This document shows, one piece after another, positions 19,166-29,839 of a DNA stretch of 59,458 nt (positions are counted from its first letter, which is position 1; each line of letters starts with the position of its first letter). Location of the stretch: positions 1 through 59,458 of the forward strand of contig JANLPS010000527.1 in NCBI GenBank assembly GCA_031367385.1. The letters are read 5' to 3'. This DNA comes from Archangium sp. GTDB taxonomy: Bacteria; Myxococcota; Myxococcia; Myxococcales; Myxococcaceae. A program made the position numbers and the translations under genes. A model generated the notes under the pieces. The model searched no databases. It was not told where the DNA came from and was given only the letters and a program-made list of their open reading frames with translations.

Positions 19166-20485
19166 TCACTTCTCGGCGAGCACCGGCTGCCCGGTGCTGA
19201 TGCGCAGCGAGGCCCGCGCCGAGGCCAGCTCGGTCATCGCCTGAATCTGGGCGACCTCGGCCGAGAACACATCGCGCTCGCTTTGAATCACGTCGATTTG
19301 CGTGGCGACACCGCCCTCGTAGCGGTCGCGCGCGAGCACCAGAGCCCGCTGTGCCGCCAGCACCTGGGCGCCGGTCGCCTGCACCTTGATGATGGTCGAC
19401 GAGATGCGCTGCCAATCGGAGTGCACCTGATCTCTGGCCGCCAGCCGGTTTCGCTCGACCGCCAACACCGCGACGTTCTGCTGAGCCTGCGAGATGCGCG
19501 GCGAGACGATGGTCGGGCCGTCGAGCCTCCAGACCAGGTTGACGCCGAAGTTGTACGAGGTCACCTGCCCCGTGAAGCCTGTGGCGTTGCTGAAGCGCTC
19601 GGTGAATTGGGCACCCACGACCGGCACCAGGCTCAGCTTCGAAAGCGTCTCATTCTGGCCCGCGGCCTCGGCGTCTTTCTCGGCGGCGCGAATCAACGGC
19701 AGATCTTCGATTTTCGCCTCGAGCTCGGCCAGCGGAGCCTCTGCGTGCAGCGAGTCGGTTGGGAGCCCAGCGATGTCACCTGGCTCAACGCCGCTCAAGG
19801 TACGCAGGCTTCGCGCGGTCGTGGCGACCATCGCCGTCGCGTCTGCCACGCTCTGCCGAGCTCGCTCGACTTCGGCCTTGGCACGCATCTGGTCGAGCTC
19901 GGTGACGACACCTGACGCGACGCGAGTCGTCTGCAAATCGAGCTGCGCCTGTGCAAACGACATCGACTTCTGCGCCGATTGCAGAAACGCCTTCGCGGCC
20001 GCCAGTGAATAATACGTGCCGACCACTTGGCGCTTCACCTGCTCGCGCGTCGCCAGCTCGCGTTGCTCGGCGGCTTGAGCGTTCGCATCGGCCGCGAAAG
20101 TGCGAAACCACCGGGTGGTGTCAATCAAAGGCAAGTCGACGCGCAAGATACCGTCGAGCTGGTCTTCGGGGGTAATCGTCGCGCTCTTGGTGATTGGCAT
20201 GCCCGTCGGGCTCACCTGCCCGGTCGGTATCGAGACCACCGCCGGGTATTGGTTGTGCGTCCATGAGGCTTGGGCGGTGAGGGCCGGCAGCATCGAGGTC
20301 CACGCTTGGGTCAGCTGCGCGGCGGCTCCGATGCGCTGCTCGGCGCTGATGCGGCGGTCGATGTTGTGCTGGTCGGCAGCGTCGAGAAAGTCTTTCAGGC
20401 TCGAGCCAGTCGGAGTCTGGGCCAGAGCAGTCACGCTGACCGCCAGGCCCGTGAGCAACGCGATGCGATTCATTGGGGCTTTCAT
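19166..20485 (-). CDS. TolC-family outer membrane efflux protein
   Basis: Signal peptide; two OEP repeats ([12 protein letters not shown]); immediately downstream of the RND permease. Confidence 0.9.
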   Translation of the reverse strand: MKAPMNRIALLTGLAVSVTALAQTPTGSSLKDFLDAADQHNIDRRISAEQRIGAAAQLTQAWTSMLPALTAQASWTHNQYPAVVSIPTGQVSPTGMPITKSATITPEDQLDGILRVDLPLIDTTRWFRTFAADANAQAAEQRELATREQVKRQVVGTYYSLAAAKAFLQSAQKSMSFAQAQLDLQTTRVASGVVTELDQMRAKAEVERARQSVADATAMVATTARSLRTLSGVEPGDIAGLPTDSLHAEAPLAELEAKIEDLPLIRAAEKDAEAAGQNETLSKLSLVPVVGAQFTERFSNATGFTGQVTSYNFGVNLVWRLDGPTIVSPRISQAQQNVAVLAVERNRLAARDQVHSDWQRISSTIIKVQATGAQVLAAQRALVLARDRYEGGVATQIDVIQSERDVFSAEVAQIQAMTELASARASLRISTGQPVLAEK

Positions 20486-20486
20486 A

Positions 20487-23400
20487 TTATTTGCCCAGCT
20501 CGCCGGGCACCGGAGCAATGACGGTCTTCTCTTGCGACTCGGCCACATGGGCCTTGCCGCGAAACACCCGACGGAAGAATTGCTGGAGGTCATCGAAGAA
20601 CGAGTACGCCACCGGCACCGCGAGCAGGGTCAGAATCAGCGACATCGACTGACCACCGACGACCACACCGGCGGTCGCGCGAGAGAACCCGGCGCCGACG
20701 CCCTTGGCGGTCACCAGCGGCAACATGCCGGCCACGAAGGCGAGCGTGGTCATCAGAATCGGCCGCAAGCGGTCTTTGTTGGCCTGCAGAATCGCCTCGA
20801 GCCGAGGCATGCCCTGCTCTCGCAGTTGATTGGTGTGGTCGACCTGCAAAATCGCGTTCTTCTTCACCACGCCGAAGAGCACGAAGATGCCGAGCAGCGA
20901 GAACATGTCGAGCGCCTGGTTGAAGATCACCACTGAGGCCACCGCGAAGGGCAGCGTGAGCGGCAGGGAGATTAAGATGGTGAGCGGGTGAATCCACGAC
21001 TCGAACTGCGCGGCGAGAATCAGGTACATGAAGACGAAGGCCGCGAGCAGCCCGTACCCGAAGCTCTTCGCCGTCTGCGCCATCAGCTTGGTCTGACCCA
21101 GGCCGCTGACATGAAACCCCGGAGGCAGGTTCTCTTCTTGTGCGGCCTTCAAAATTGCCGCGCCGATTGACGACTCGTCGACACCAGGAGCCGCGTTCGA
21201 CGTCAACGTCACCTGACGCTCGCGCTGGTACCGGTTGATGGTCGACGGCCCGCTGCCCGCCTTGAATTGCACCACGTCAGCGAGGGTGACCTGCCCGAGC
21301 CTGCGTGACGGTATGGTGATCAGCTTGAGCGCCTCGGCTTGGTCTCGGTACTCCTGCTTCGAGCGCAGCCGCACGTCGTATTCTTCACCGTGCTCTTCGT
21401 AGTTCGACACCTTCGCGCCGCCCACCAGAAGCTGCAGCGCCTGGGCAATGTCGGCGACCTGCACACCGAGATCAGAGGCCCGTTCGCGATCGATGAACAC
21501 CCCGACCTCGGGCTTGCCCAAGATTAGCGTCGAGTCGACGTCGACCGCGCCTGGAGTCGCTTTGATCTTCTCCAGAATGTGCCCGGTGGCGACCTCGAGC
21601 GTTCCCAAGTCGGGCCCTGAGAGCACGTACTGAATGCGCGCGGTCGATTGGCCTCCGCCGAACTCGTTCACGTCGGCGACCAGGGTGCGCAGCTCGGGCG
21701 ACAGCTTCGAGAGCACCTCTTTGCGAATCATGTCTTTGACCTCGTCTTGCGATTTCGCGCGAGCGCCGGGGTCGACCAACTTCACGTAGATGCGCGCCAG
21801 GTTCGGCGTGCGGCCCGGGTCGTCACCAATGGTGAGCAACGTCGCCGTCACCTCGGGAAAGTCGCGAATCTGCCGAGCCACCCGCTCGCCGACGATGTCG
21901 GTCGCCGCCACGCTGCGGCCTTCGGGCAACCGCACCGTCACCTCGAACTGCGCCTTATCATCGATGGGTATGAAGCCCTTTCGAGCCGCCTTCGCCATGG
22001 GGAAGCAGGAGGCGATCGCGATCAGCGACGCCATCACGATGACCCAGCGGTGGCTCATCGAGAAGCGCAAGACGACCATGTAGGCGCGCTCGACCGGCCG
22101 GTACCCGATGTCGACGATCTTCTCGAGCCAGGTCTTGTGCGGCGCACCGGTCTTCTTGGCCTGCAACCAGCGCGAGGCCAGCATTGGGGTCAAGGTGAAT
22201 GAGACGAACAGCGAGACCGCGATCGCGAACGACATCGTGATGCCGAAGCTCGCCAAGAACCGCCCGGGGATGCCGGCAATGAACGCAATCGGCACGAACA
22301 CCGCGATCAGCGAGAGCGTCGTCGCGAGCACCGCCAAGCCGATTTCCTTGGTGCCGGCCACCGCCGCCGCCTGCGGTGAGTAGCCCTTCTCTTCGACGTA
22401 CTTGAAGATGTTCTCGAGCACGACGATGGCGTCGTCGATGACGATGCCCACCGCCAGCGCGAGCGCGAGCAAGGTCATCGTGTTGAGGGTGTAGTCCTTC
22501 ATGTACATCAGCGCGAAGGTGCCGATAATCGATGTGGGTATGGCGACTGCCGCGATGATCGTGCTGCGCAGGTTGCCCAAGAAGACCAACACGATGAGGG
22601 CCGCGAAGAGCGCGCCGAGCACCAGGTGCTCCTTGACCGCGTCGACCGCGGTACGAATCGAGCCCGAGGCGTCACGCTGAATTTCGAGCGCATACCCGGC
22701 CGGCAAGTCTTTCGAGATTTCCTCGACCCGCTTGAGCACCGCGTCAACGACCTGCACGGTATTGGTACCCGATTGTTTGCGCACCGTGAGCAGCACGGTC
22801 GGCTCGCCATTCCACTTGGCGGAGGTCTCGGCCTCTTCTTTGCCGTCTTCGACCGTGGCGAGCTCTGAGAGTCTGACCTGCCGGCCGTTCTGCTCTTTGA
22901 TCACGATGTTGCTCATTTGCGCGATGTCGCTCACGCGCCCGTAGACGCGCACGGTCAAGAAGTCGCGGCTGGTGTCGACGCGCCCACCTGGCAACGTCAC
23001 GTTCTGCGCGTCAATCGCCCGCGACACTTCGGCCGGCGCGATGCCGAGCGCCTTCAGCTTCACCGGGTCGACCCAGATGTTGATCTGCCGCTTCTGGCCA
23101 CCGATGATTCGCACTTCGCCGACGCCGTTGAGGCTCTCGAGGCGGCGCCGCACGGTGCGGTCGGCCAGCTCGGTGATGTCGCGCACGCCTTTGCCCTTGC
23201 CCAACAGCGCCACGTACAACACCGGCTGCGCGTCGGGGTCGATCTTGCTGATCACCGGCTGCTCGACGCCCTTGGGCAGCTCGGGCATCACCGCGCTGAC
23301 CTTCTCGCGCACCTCTTGCGCCGCCACGTTCACTTCTTTTTCGAGCACGAAGGTGACGATGACCTGCGAAACACCTTCTGACGACACCGAGCGAAGCTCG

Positions 23401-23636
23401 TCGATGCCGCTGATGGTGTTGACCGCGCCTTCGATCTTGTCGGAGATCTCGGTCTCGACGTCGGCCGGCGAGGCGCCCGGCAAGCGGGTGACGATGGTGA
23501 CCGCAGGGAAGTCGATTTTTGGAAACTGGTCGACGCCGAGCTGCGTGTAGAACGCACCACCGACGACGAGAATCACCAGCGACAACACGGTCGCGAAAAT
23601 CGGGCGCTTGACGCAGAGCTCAGCGAGCCATTGCAT
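20487..23636 (-). CDS. RND efflux permease (AcrB/AcrD/AcrF family)
   Basis: 1049 aa; [22 protein letters not shown] and RLRPILMTT motifs. Confidence 0.96.
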   Translation of the reverse strand: MQWLAELCVKRPIFATVLSLVILVVGGAFYTQLGVDQFPKIDFPAVTIVTRLPGASPADVETEISDKIEGAVNTISGIDELRSVSSEGVSQVIVTFVLEKEVNVAAQEVREKVSAVMPELPKGVEQPVISKIDPDAQPVLYVALLGKGKGVRDITELADRTVRRRLESLNGVGEVRIIGGQKRQINIWVDPVKLKALGIAPAEVSRAIDAQNVTLPGGRVDTSRDFLTVRVYGRVSDIAQMSNIVIKEQNGRQVRLSELATVEDGKEEAETSAKWNGEPTVLLTVRKQSGTNTVQVVDAVLKRVEEISKDLPAGYALEIQRDASGSIRTAVDAVKEHLVLGALFAALIVLVFLGNLRSTIIAAVAIPTSIIGTFALMYMKDYTLNTMTLLALALAVGIVIDDAIVVLENIFKYVEEKGYSPQAAAVAGTKEIGLAVLATTLSLIAVFVPIAFIAGIPGRFLASFGITMSFAIAVSLFVSFTLTPMLASRWLQAKKTGAPHKTWLEKIVDIGYRPVERAYMVVLRFSMSHRWVIVMASLIAIASCFPMAKAARKGFIPIDDKAQFEVTVRLPEGRSVAATDIVGERVARQIRDFPEVTATLLTIGDDPGRTPNLARIYVKLVDPGARAKSQDEVKDMIRKEVLSKLSPELRTLVADVNEFGGGQSTARIQYVLSGPDLGTLEVATGHILEKIKATPGAVDVDSTLILGKPEVGVFIDRERASDLGVQVADIAQALQLLVGGAKVSNYEEHGEEYDVRLRSKQEYRDQAEALKLITIPSRRLGQVTLADVVQFKAGSGPSTINRYQRERQVTLTSNAAPGVDESSIGAAILKAAQEENLPPGFHVSGLGQTKLMAQTAKSFGYGLLAAFVFMYLILAAQFESWIHPLTILISLPLTLPFAVASVVIFNQALDMFSLLGIFVLFGVVKKNAILQVDHTNQLREQGMPRLEAILQANKDRLRPILMTTLAFVAGMLPLVTAKGVGAGFSRATAGVVVGGQSMSLILTLLAVPVAYSFFDDLQQFFRRVFRGKAHVAESQEKTVIAPVPGELGK

Positions 23637-23666
23637 GGGGGTTCTCCTGAAGAGTGTTACGCAAAA

Positions 23667-24734
23667 TCATTGAAGAATCGCCGAGCCATCGCGCAGGCCT
23701 TCGGGCGGCTTGACGACCACCTTGGTCGAATCGGCTAGCTTCTCGAGCACCGCGATTCGCCCGTCTTTGGTCGAGCCGGTCTGCACCACCATCTCGATCG
23801 CCTTGTCGCCTTCGACGATGAACAACCGCTTGGTCGTGCCGTCGGCGCGAATCGCCTCGACCGGCACGGTGGGCTGCGCGGCTTCTCCGACCACCAACCG
23901 CACGGTCGAGAACATGCCAGCCTTGAGCGAGCCATCGGTGTTGTCGACCATCGCTTCGATCAGCAGGTCGCGGGTGGTGGGTCGCAAGTTCGGCGCCACG
24001 AAGCGCACCTTGCCGGGGAACATGCGGTTCTCGAAGGCGCTGACCCGTACCTCGACCGATTGGCCCTGTTGCACGGCGCCGACCGCGGTCTCGGGTACCG
24101 AAATCTGCACCCGCACCGGGTTCACCGAATACACCGACGCCACTCGGCTCGGAGGCTGCACGTATTCACCGACGTTGACGAAGCGCTCGCCAATCGTGCC
24201 GTCGAATGGCGCGCGAATCACCGTGTCATCGGCCAGCTTCGCCGCCAGCCCAGCGTTCGACTTGGCCGCCTCGGCCGAAAAGACCTGCGCGCTGCAGGTC
24301 GACTTCAGCCGGTCGTACTCTGACTTGGCGATCGCGCCCTCTTTGAAGAGCTTGTCTGACCGCTCGCAGTCGGTCACCGCCAGCGCGAGGTTGGTCTCGG
24401 CTGCGCGCGCCTGCGCCGAGGCCGCCGTCGCCGAAAAGGTGGCGCCCTTCGCGTCGACCAGGGCCAGCGCCTGCCCCTTCTTTACCGTTTGCCCACGCTC
24501 GACGTAGGTCGCCACGATTCGGCCCGACACGTTGGCCGCAACCTCTGACTGCTGATCAGCCACGATGCTGCCGGTCAGGGTGAGAAACTGCGGCACGTTC
24601 ATCGTCTCGACCGCTCCGACCTCGACCTTCATCGGCGGGGCAGGAGGGGCTTTCTGCGCCGCCGCCGCTTCGGGCTTCTTGCAGGCGGCGAGGGTCAGCA
24701 AGGTGAGGCACGACACCAGAATGATTCGCTTCAT
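23667..24734 (-). CDS. RND periplasmic adaptor (membrane fusion protein), lipoprotein
   Basis: Lipobox LAA-C; lipoyl halves VERGQTVKKGQAL and IRAPFDG. Confidence 0.93.
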   Translation of the reverse strand: MKRIILVSCLTLLTLAACKKPEAAAAQKAPPAPPMKVEVGAVETMNVPQFLTLTGSIVADQQSEVAANVSGRIVATYVERGQTVKKGQALALVDAKGATFSATAASAQARAAETNLALAVTDCERSDKLFKEGAIAKSEYDRLKSTCSAQVFSAEAAKSNAGLAAKLADDTVIRAPFDGTIGERFVNVGEYVQPPSRVASVYSVNPVRVQISVPETAVGAVQQGQSVEVRVSAFENRMFPGKVRFVAPNLRPTTRDLLIEAMVDNTDGSLKAGMFSTVRLVVGEAAQPTVPVEAIRADGTTKRLFIVEGDKAIEMVVQTGSTKDGRIAVLEKLADSTKVVVKPPEGLRDGSAILQ

Positions 24735-25409
24735 TTACGTTCTCCGAGAGCTGCGCGCGGGGCGCGAAAGGGGAGCCTGCCGAGTCGCGACCCGAGGTCG
24801 ACGCAGCCGGTCGAGCGTGGGGGTCAGCGCTCGCACAAAAAAGTCTGTCACTGAGTTCAAGAAGGCGCGTTCGGTGCCGCGCAACGGCAGCCCGACGAAC
24901 AGGTGCCGCATGTGCGAGCGCGCCGAGACGGTCGACACCAGCGAGAAGGCCAGCGTCTCGGTGTCGAAGTCGCTGGTCACCAGGCCGCAGCTCCTGGCTC
25001 GTTGCAGCCACTCCGCCACGCCGCGCTTGATTCGAAGCGGGGGCGGCTCGCCATCTGATGGAGGAAAAACGTCGCACATCGGAATACCGCTCTCGCGGAG
25101 CGCGGCGATGCGAGGCGCGTTTTCCTCGAAGTACGCCGAGAGCCACGAGACCACTTCTTGAAGCTGCTCTCGAAGGGGTCGCCCGTCGGGCCCGGCGCGC
25201 AAGAGCGCCGCGTGCGCAGGCTGGGCGGAGGGCTTGAGGGCCGCGACCATCAGCTCTTTTCTCGAGTGAAATCGCTTCAGCAACGCCGGCTGTGAGACCC
25301 CCAGGTTGCCCGCGATCACATCGAGCGAGACCCCAGGCCCGAACTGGCTCACCGCCGAGCGCGTGGCGGCCAGAATCTGCTCATCGCTGATCATTCGGGG
25401 TCGCGCCAT
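24735..25409 (-). CDS. TetR/AcrR family transcriptional regulator
   Basis: MARPR..ILAA..SLDVIAGNLGVSQPALLKRFHSRKEL HTH. Confidence 0.92.
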   Translation of the reverse strand: MARPRMISDEQILAATRSAVSQFGPGVSLDVIAGNLGVSQPALLKRFHSRKELMVAALKPSAQPAHAALLRAGPDGRPLREQLQEVVSWLSAYFEENAPRIAALRESGIPMCDVFPPSDGEPPPLRIKRGVAEWLQRARSCGLVTSDFDTETLAFSLVSTVSARSHMRHLFVGLPLRGTERAFLNSVTDFFVRALTPTLDRLRRPRVATRQAPLSRPARSSRRT

Positions 25410-25417
25410 GGGGGTTG

Positions 25418-25437
25418 GTTAGTAAGCGCTTACTAAC
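25418..25437. promoter_or_regulatory. Putative TetR operator
   Basis: Perfect 20-bp palindrome GTTAGTAAGCGCTTACTAAC, 8 bp upstream of the tetR start codon. Confidence 0.85.
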
Positions 25438-25552
25438 AAAACCGCCACTCGCTGACGTATGAAGAAGTTTGAAACCTGTGATGAGGCGTAGGCGCGAGTA
25501 TGACCCAGCGCCACATAACGTTAATGAATTCAATTGCTTGGCGAAATGCTCA

Positions 25553-26212
25553 TCACTCCTCACCGAAGCGTACGGGCAATCGAAAGCACGCGCCGGCGGC
25601 CTTTGCCGGCAGTGGGTTCGCGCTTTGAACGACGCAGTCGGTAGCAGCGCGATCGAGCAAGGCCGAGCCGCTCGAAGTGCCGAGGGTGACCACGTCAATC
25701 GAGCCCGTCGCGCTCGCGCAGAACGAGACGCTCACCACGCCGCGTTGCCGAAAGCGCTGTGCAGCGGCCGGGTAGCACTTGGCCGCGCCGCGACCCAGCC
25801 GTGCTTGCACCAGCGCAATCAGCTCGGCTGACGGGCCAGTCTCGGCGACCTCCACCGGGTGCTCGGGCACGACCTCGGCCGTACCGGCGAGTTCGACGGG
25901 TACCGCATCGACCCCGGGCCGACCCGCCTTCGCGTCGGCGGGTGCCATCGCGGGCGGAGCAGCAGCAGGGCCGACGCCTGGAGTGACCGGGCGCGCACGC
26001 TCAGGAGCCGCTGCCGCGGCTCTCGGTACCACTCCCACCCGAATGAATTCGACCTGCGTCGACGGCGGCGGGGCCGCGGCCGGAGGCGCCTTGGCCGCCG
26101 CCTCGGCTGCGTCTGCACGCTGCGCGCGCGCGACCAGCACTCGAAACCCGATGATCAACGCCACGTGAAACGCGGTCGAGACGACGACGGCGAACACCCA
26201 CCTGCGTCTCAC
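25553..26212 (-). CDS. TonB-family energy transducer
   Basis: N-terminal TM helix with S-x3-H (STAFH), Pro/Ala linker, TonB_C-like YPAAAQR..GVV..SSGSALLDRAA. Confidence 0.8.
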   Translation of the reverse strand: MRRRWVFAVVVSTAFHVALIIGFRVLVARAQRADAAEAAAKAPPAAAPPPSTQVEFIRVGVVPRAAAAAPERARPVTPGVGPAAAPPAMAPADAKAGRPGVDAVPVELAGTAEVVPEHPVEVAETGPSAELIALVQARLGRGAAKCYPAAAQRFRQRGVVSVSFCASATGSIDVVTLGTSSGSALLDRAATDCVVQSANPLPAKAAGACFRLPVRFGEE

Positions 26213-26955
26213 GCGGGGCTCCAGCCAGCGACTTGCCGCATCGGCACCCCATACACGTCGCTCAGCAACCCGGGTGTCAGCACCTCGGGCGAGGGCCCCG
26301 AGGCGAGCACCCGGCCCTCTCGCAGCAGCATCACGTGGGTGGCGAACCGGGCGGCCACATTCACGTCATGCAGCACCGCGACGACCCCCAACGTCGAAGA
26401 GACCGCCTTGCTGACCACTTCGAGCGCCTCGACCTGATGTCGCACGTCGAGAAACGCGGTCGGCTCATCGAGCACCAGCAGCTTCGGCGCCTGAGTCAGT
26501 GCCCGCGCCAGAAATATTCGCCGCCGTTCACCGCCCGACACTTCGCCCAGCGGGCGATTGGCGAGCTCTGCGACCCCCAGCTGCGCCAGCGCGCCCAGCG
26601 CCTTGTCGACGTCGGCGCGGCCGGCCAGCCCCCACGGCCCCAGGTGTGGAGTTCGCCCCATCAGCACCAGCTCGAGCGCGGTGAACCCCGAGTCATCGGG
26701 CATCGTCTGCGGCACCCACGCGACCTCGCGCGCCAGCGCATTCGGCTCGCTGGTCGCCGCGTCGAGACCACACACCGTGACGGTGCCCGAGCGGGCCCGC
26801 AGGGCTCCGACCATCAGCTTGGCCAGTGCGCTCTTGCCCGCACCATTGGGGCCCAGCACCGCCCACAGCTGGCCAGCCTCGACGGCCATCGACACATCGT
26901 GGAGCACCAACGCCTGGGCATAGGCCGCGTCGACGTGCTCGAGGCGCGCCAGCAT
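26209..26955 (-). CDS. ABC transporter ATP-binding protein (Fe-siderophore/cobalamin type)
   Basis: GPNGAGKS, VSGGE, LVLDEPTAFLD and VLHD motifs. Confidence 0.92.
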   Translation of the reverse strand: MLARLEHVDAAYAQALVLHDVSMAVEAGQLWAVLGPNGAGKSALAKLMVGALRARSGTVTVCGLDAATSEPNALAREVAWVPQTMPDDSGFTALELVLMGRTPHLGPWGLAGRADVDKALGALAQLGVAELANRPLGEVSGGERRRIFLARALTQAPKLLVLDEPTAFLDVRHQVEALEVVSKAVSSTLGVVAVLHDVNVAARFATHVMLLREGRVLASGPSPEVLTPGLLSDVYGVPMRQVAGWSPA

Positions 26956-28935
26956 CTACTCTTGCTTCTCGAGCGCGGCGCTCACGTTGGCGTGCAGCGC
27001 ATCGACGGCTCTCACGAACGCCGTCTCATCGGCGGGGCTGTTGACCTGTGCCGCCAACGCATCGACCTCCGCGCGAAACCGCCGCTGCGCCGGGCCATTG
27101 GGCAGCCGCTCGTAATCGCTCTTGAGCGACGCGAACGCCCGGGCCGCTTTCGAGGCCTTGGGTTTCTTGGGCGGCGTCTGGCCCGACCCCACCTCGAGCT
27201 GCGCCTCTTTCAAGCGCTCGGTGTACAGGTCCCACGCGATGTAGCTGCCGACCGCCACCACGGCGAGCACCGGCAACACCAGCCACACCATCGACGAGCC
27301 TGGCCGCCTCTTCGCGGGCGCCTTTGCCGGCGTCTTCACCGCCGAGCGCTTCGGGTCAGACCTGACGCGGCCTGACGGGTTTGCCGGGGCGCGGGAGACG
27401 CCTCCGCGAGAGCCGGACAGCCGCTTGGGTGTCGGGGGCAGCGTTGGCGCCCTGTCGTGCTCGTCGAACTCGACCGCGGGCATGGCGGGCAAGGTCTTCG
27501 CACCTCGAGAATCATCGGGCGTCGGCAGCGCTTCAACGCCGTCGAGCACCACCGAAGGCGCGCCCGTCACCGGGTCGAGGCGCTCATCCGTGTCGCGCGT
27601 TCGGAGGGGAATGCTCGGGTGCGTATGCGATTCAGCGTCTTCGTTCTTTTTCTCTTCGCTCCTCCGCACCGCCGAGACGCTCTTCTTGGTCGGCTCGAAT
27701 GAGAGGGCGGTCGGCTCGAGCGAGAGCGCCTCGGTCAGCGCGGTCGAGCTGTCGTCGTCAGCCTCTGGCTCGGCGTGCGCGCCCTCGAGGCCCATCGGCT
27801 CAGGGTGAATCACCGCGGGTACCGCCATCGGCTCGGGCAGTCGCAGGGCTTCATTCAGGTCGGTCTTGGCCCGAGTGGCGTCATCGGCGATCTCGGTGAC
27901 CTCGTCATCGTCATCACCATCGTCAAGGCTCTTCGCCTGCTCCTTGAGCGCCGAGAGCATTTTTCGCTCGGTGCCGTACTCCGAGGCGAAGGCGTCGCGC
28001 ATGAAGCGCCGGGCCGTCTCTCCGCCGGCCGATGGGTCGAGATCATTCAAGATCAGCTGCAATCGGCCGCGAAACTCTTCAGCCGTCTGCCACCGCTGCT
28101 CGGGGTCGATGGCCAGCGCCTTCATCACCGCGTCGCTCAGCGGCTGGGGGCACATCGGCTCGACCGAGTTGAGCGGGGCGATGCTCGGCGCCGCCACTTT
28201 GATCATCAAATCGCCCGGGGGCACTTCATCGAACGGGCTGTGCCCGGAGATCAGCTCGTACAGACACAGGCCCACCGAATACAAATCGCTGCGGCGGTCG
28301 GCCTTTTGGTGCCGCGCCTGCTCGGGCGACATGTACATGAACTTGCCCAAGATGATGCTCGGGTTGGTCTTCGCGTTCGAGAGCGTCGACTTGGCCAGGC
28401 CGAAGTCGATCACCTTCACCTCGCCCTCGTAGCTGATCAGCACGTTCTGCGGGCTCACGTCGCGGTGCACCAGATTGAGCTCGCGCTCGTCGTCTCCGAC
28501 CTTGCGGTGCGCATACGCCAGCGCATCGAGCACCCGGGTCATCACGAACAACACGAACGAGAGCGGTATCGGCAACTGCCGGTCGCGCATGCGCGCCAAG
28601 ATTCGACGCAGGTCTTTGCCGTCGATGAACTCGAGCGCGATGTACGGGGCCTTCTCGAACAGCCCCATGTCGAGCACCTGAGCGATGTTGCCATGCGAGA
28701 GCTTGACCAGCACCCGTGCCTCGTTGACGAAGCGCTCGGTGAATTCAGGGTCTTCGGCGAGGTGCGGCAAAATCTTTTTGATCACGCACAGCTTGTCGAA
28801 CCCATGGGCGCCCTCGAGTCGGGCCAAGAACACCTCTCCCATGCCACCCGTCGAGATGGGCATCAGCAAGGTGTAGCGACCAAACCGCTGAGGTTTGAAG
28901 GGTCGCAATCGCTGAGAAGGTAGGCCCTGGCTCAT
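26956..28935 (-). CDS. Membrane-anchored Ser/Thr protein kinase
   Basis: GGMGEV, VIKK, HRDVSPQN, DFG and YMSPEQ motifs; C-terminal TM helix. Confidence 0.95.
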   Translation of the reverse strand: MSQGLPSQRLRPFKPQRFGRYTLLMPISTGGMGEVFLARLEGAHGFDKLCVIKKILPHLAEDPEFTERFVNEARVLVKLSHGNIAQVLDMGLFEKAPYIALEFIDGKDLRRILARMRDRQLPIPLSFVLFVMTRVLDALAYAHRKVGDDERELNLVHRDVSPQNVLISYEGEVKVIDFGLAKSTLSNAKTNPSIILGKFMYMSPEQARHQKADRRSDLYSVGLCLYELISGHSPFDEVPPGDLMIKVAAPSIAPLNSVEPMCPQPLSDAVMKALAIDPEQRWQTAEEFRGRLQLILNDLDPSAGGETARRFMRDAFASEYGTERKMLSALKEQAKSLDDGDDDDEVTEIADDATRAKTDLNEALRLPEPMAVPAVIHPEPMGLEGAHAEPEADDDSSTALTEALSLEPTALSFEPTKKSVSAVRRSEEKKNEDAESHTHPSIPLRTRDTDERLDPVTGAPSVVLDGVEALPTPDDSRGAKTLPAMPAVEFDEHDRAPTLPPTPKRLSGSRGGVSRAPANPSGRVRSDPKRSAVKTPAKAPAKRRPGSSMVWLVLPVLAVVAVGSYIAWDLYTERLKEAQLEVGSGQTPPKKPKASKAARAFASLKSDYERLPNGPAQRRFRAEVDALAAQVNSPADETAFVRAVDALHANVSAALEKQE

Positions 28936-29022
28936 GTTCGAGAAATCTTCGTGCCATTGAACACCACGCGGCCGCCAGGTACCAATACCGATTCTTGAGG
29001 CTGAGGTAGGGTGTCACGGCCG

Positions 29023-29832
29023 ATGAGCGCTCCCACCCCAGGCAGAACTGTCGTGGTGACTGGAGCGACCGACGGCATCGGGCGTCAAACCGCCTTCGAG
29101 CTTGCCCAAAACCACGCTTTTCATGTGCTCGTGCACGGCCGTACCCAGCAAAAGGCGCTCGACGCCTGTCAGGCGCTCAAAGTCTCGGCGGTCACGCCGG
29201 TGTGGGGCGATTTCTCGGTCTTGGCCGAGGTGCGGTCGCTGGCCGAGCAGATTCGAGCGGCCGCGCCGGTGCTCGACGTGTTGGTCAACAACGCGGGCGT
29301 CTTCATGAAAGAGCGCACCGTCACCGGCGACGGGTTCGAGACCACCTTTCAGGTCAACCACCTCGCGCCCTTCGCGCTGACGCACCACCTCCTGCCGGCG
29401 CTCAAAGCCTCGAGCGCGGCGCGAATCGTCAACGTGTCATCGAACACGCACCAACGCGGGCGCGTCGACCTCAAAGACCTGAACCTCGAGCAGCGCTTCG
29501 ATGGCTACTCGGCGTATTCGACCTCGAAGCTGATGAACGTGTACTTCACCCACGAGCTCGCCCGACGGCTCACCGGCGTCGTGAGCTGCGCGCTTCACCC
29601 GGGCGTCATCTCGACCAAGCTGCTCCAACACGGCTGGGGCAGCAGCGGGGCGTCGTTGGTGGCGGGCGCGAAGACCAGCGTGTTCTGCGCGACCTCGCCC
29701 TCGGTGCAGGAGAGCGGCACGTATTACAGCGACTCGAAACAGACGCCGTGTGCCCCGCACGCCAACGATTCGAAGCTTGAAAAGGCGCTCTACCTCGAGA
29801 GCTGCCGCCTTCTGGCAATCGCGCCGCTGTAG
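29023..29832 (+). CDS. Short-chain dehydrogenase/reductase (retinol dehydrogenase-like)
   Basis: TGATDGIG, NNAG and YSTSK motifs. Confidence 0.93.
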   Translation: MSAPTPGRTVVVTGATDGIGRQTAFELAQNHAFHVLVHGRTQQKALDACQALKVSAVTPVWGDFSVLAEVRSLAEQIRAAAPVLDVLVNNAGVFMKERTVTGDGFETTFQVNHLAPFALTHHLLPALKASSAARIVNVSSNTHQRGRVDLKDLNLEQRFDGYSAYSTSKLMNVYFTHELARRLTGVVSCALHPGVISTKLLQHGWGSSGASLVAGAKTSVFCATSPSVQESGTYYSDSKQTPCAPHANDSKLEKALYLESCRLLAIAPL

Positions 29833-29839
29833 CACCCGG

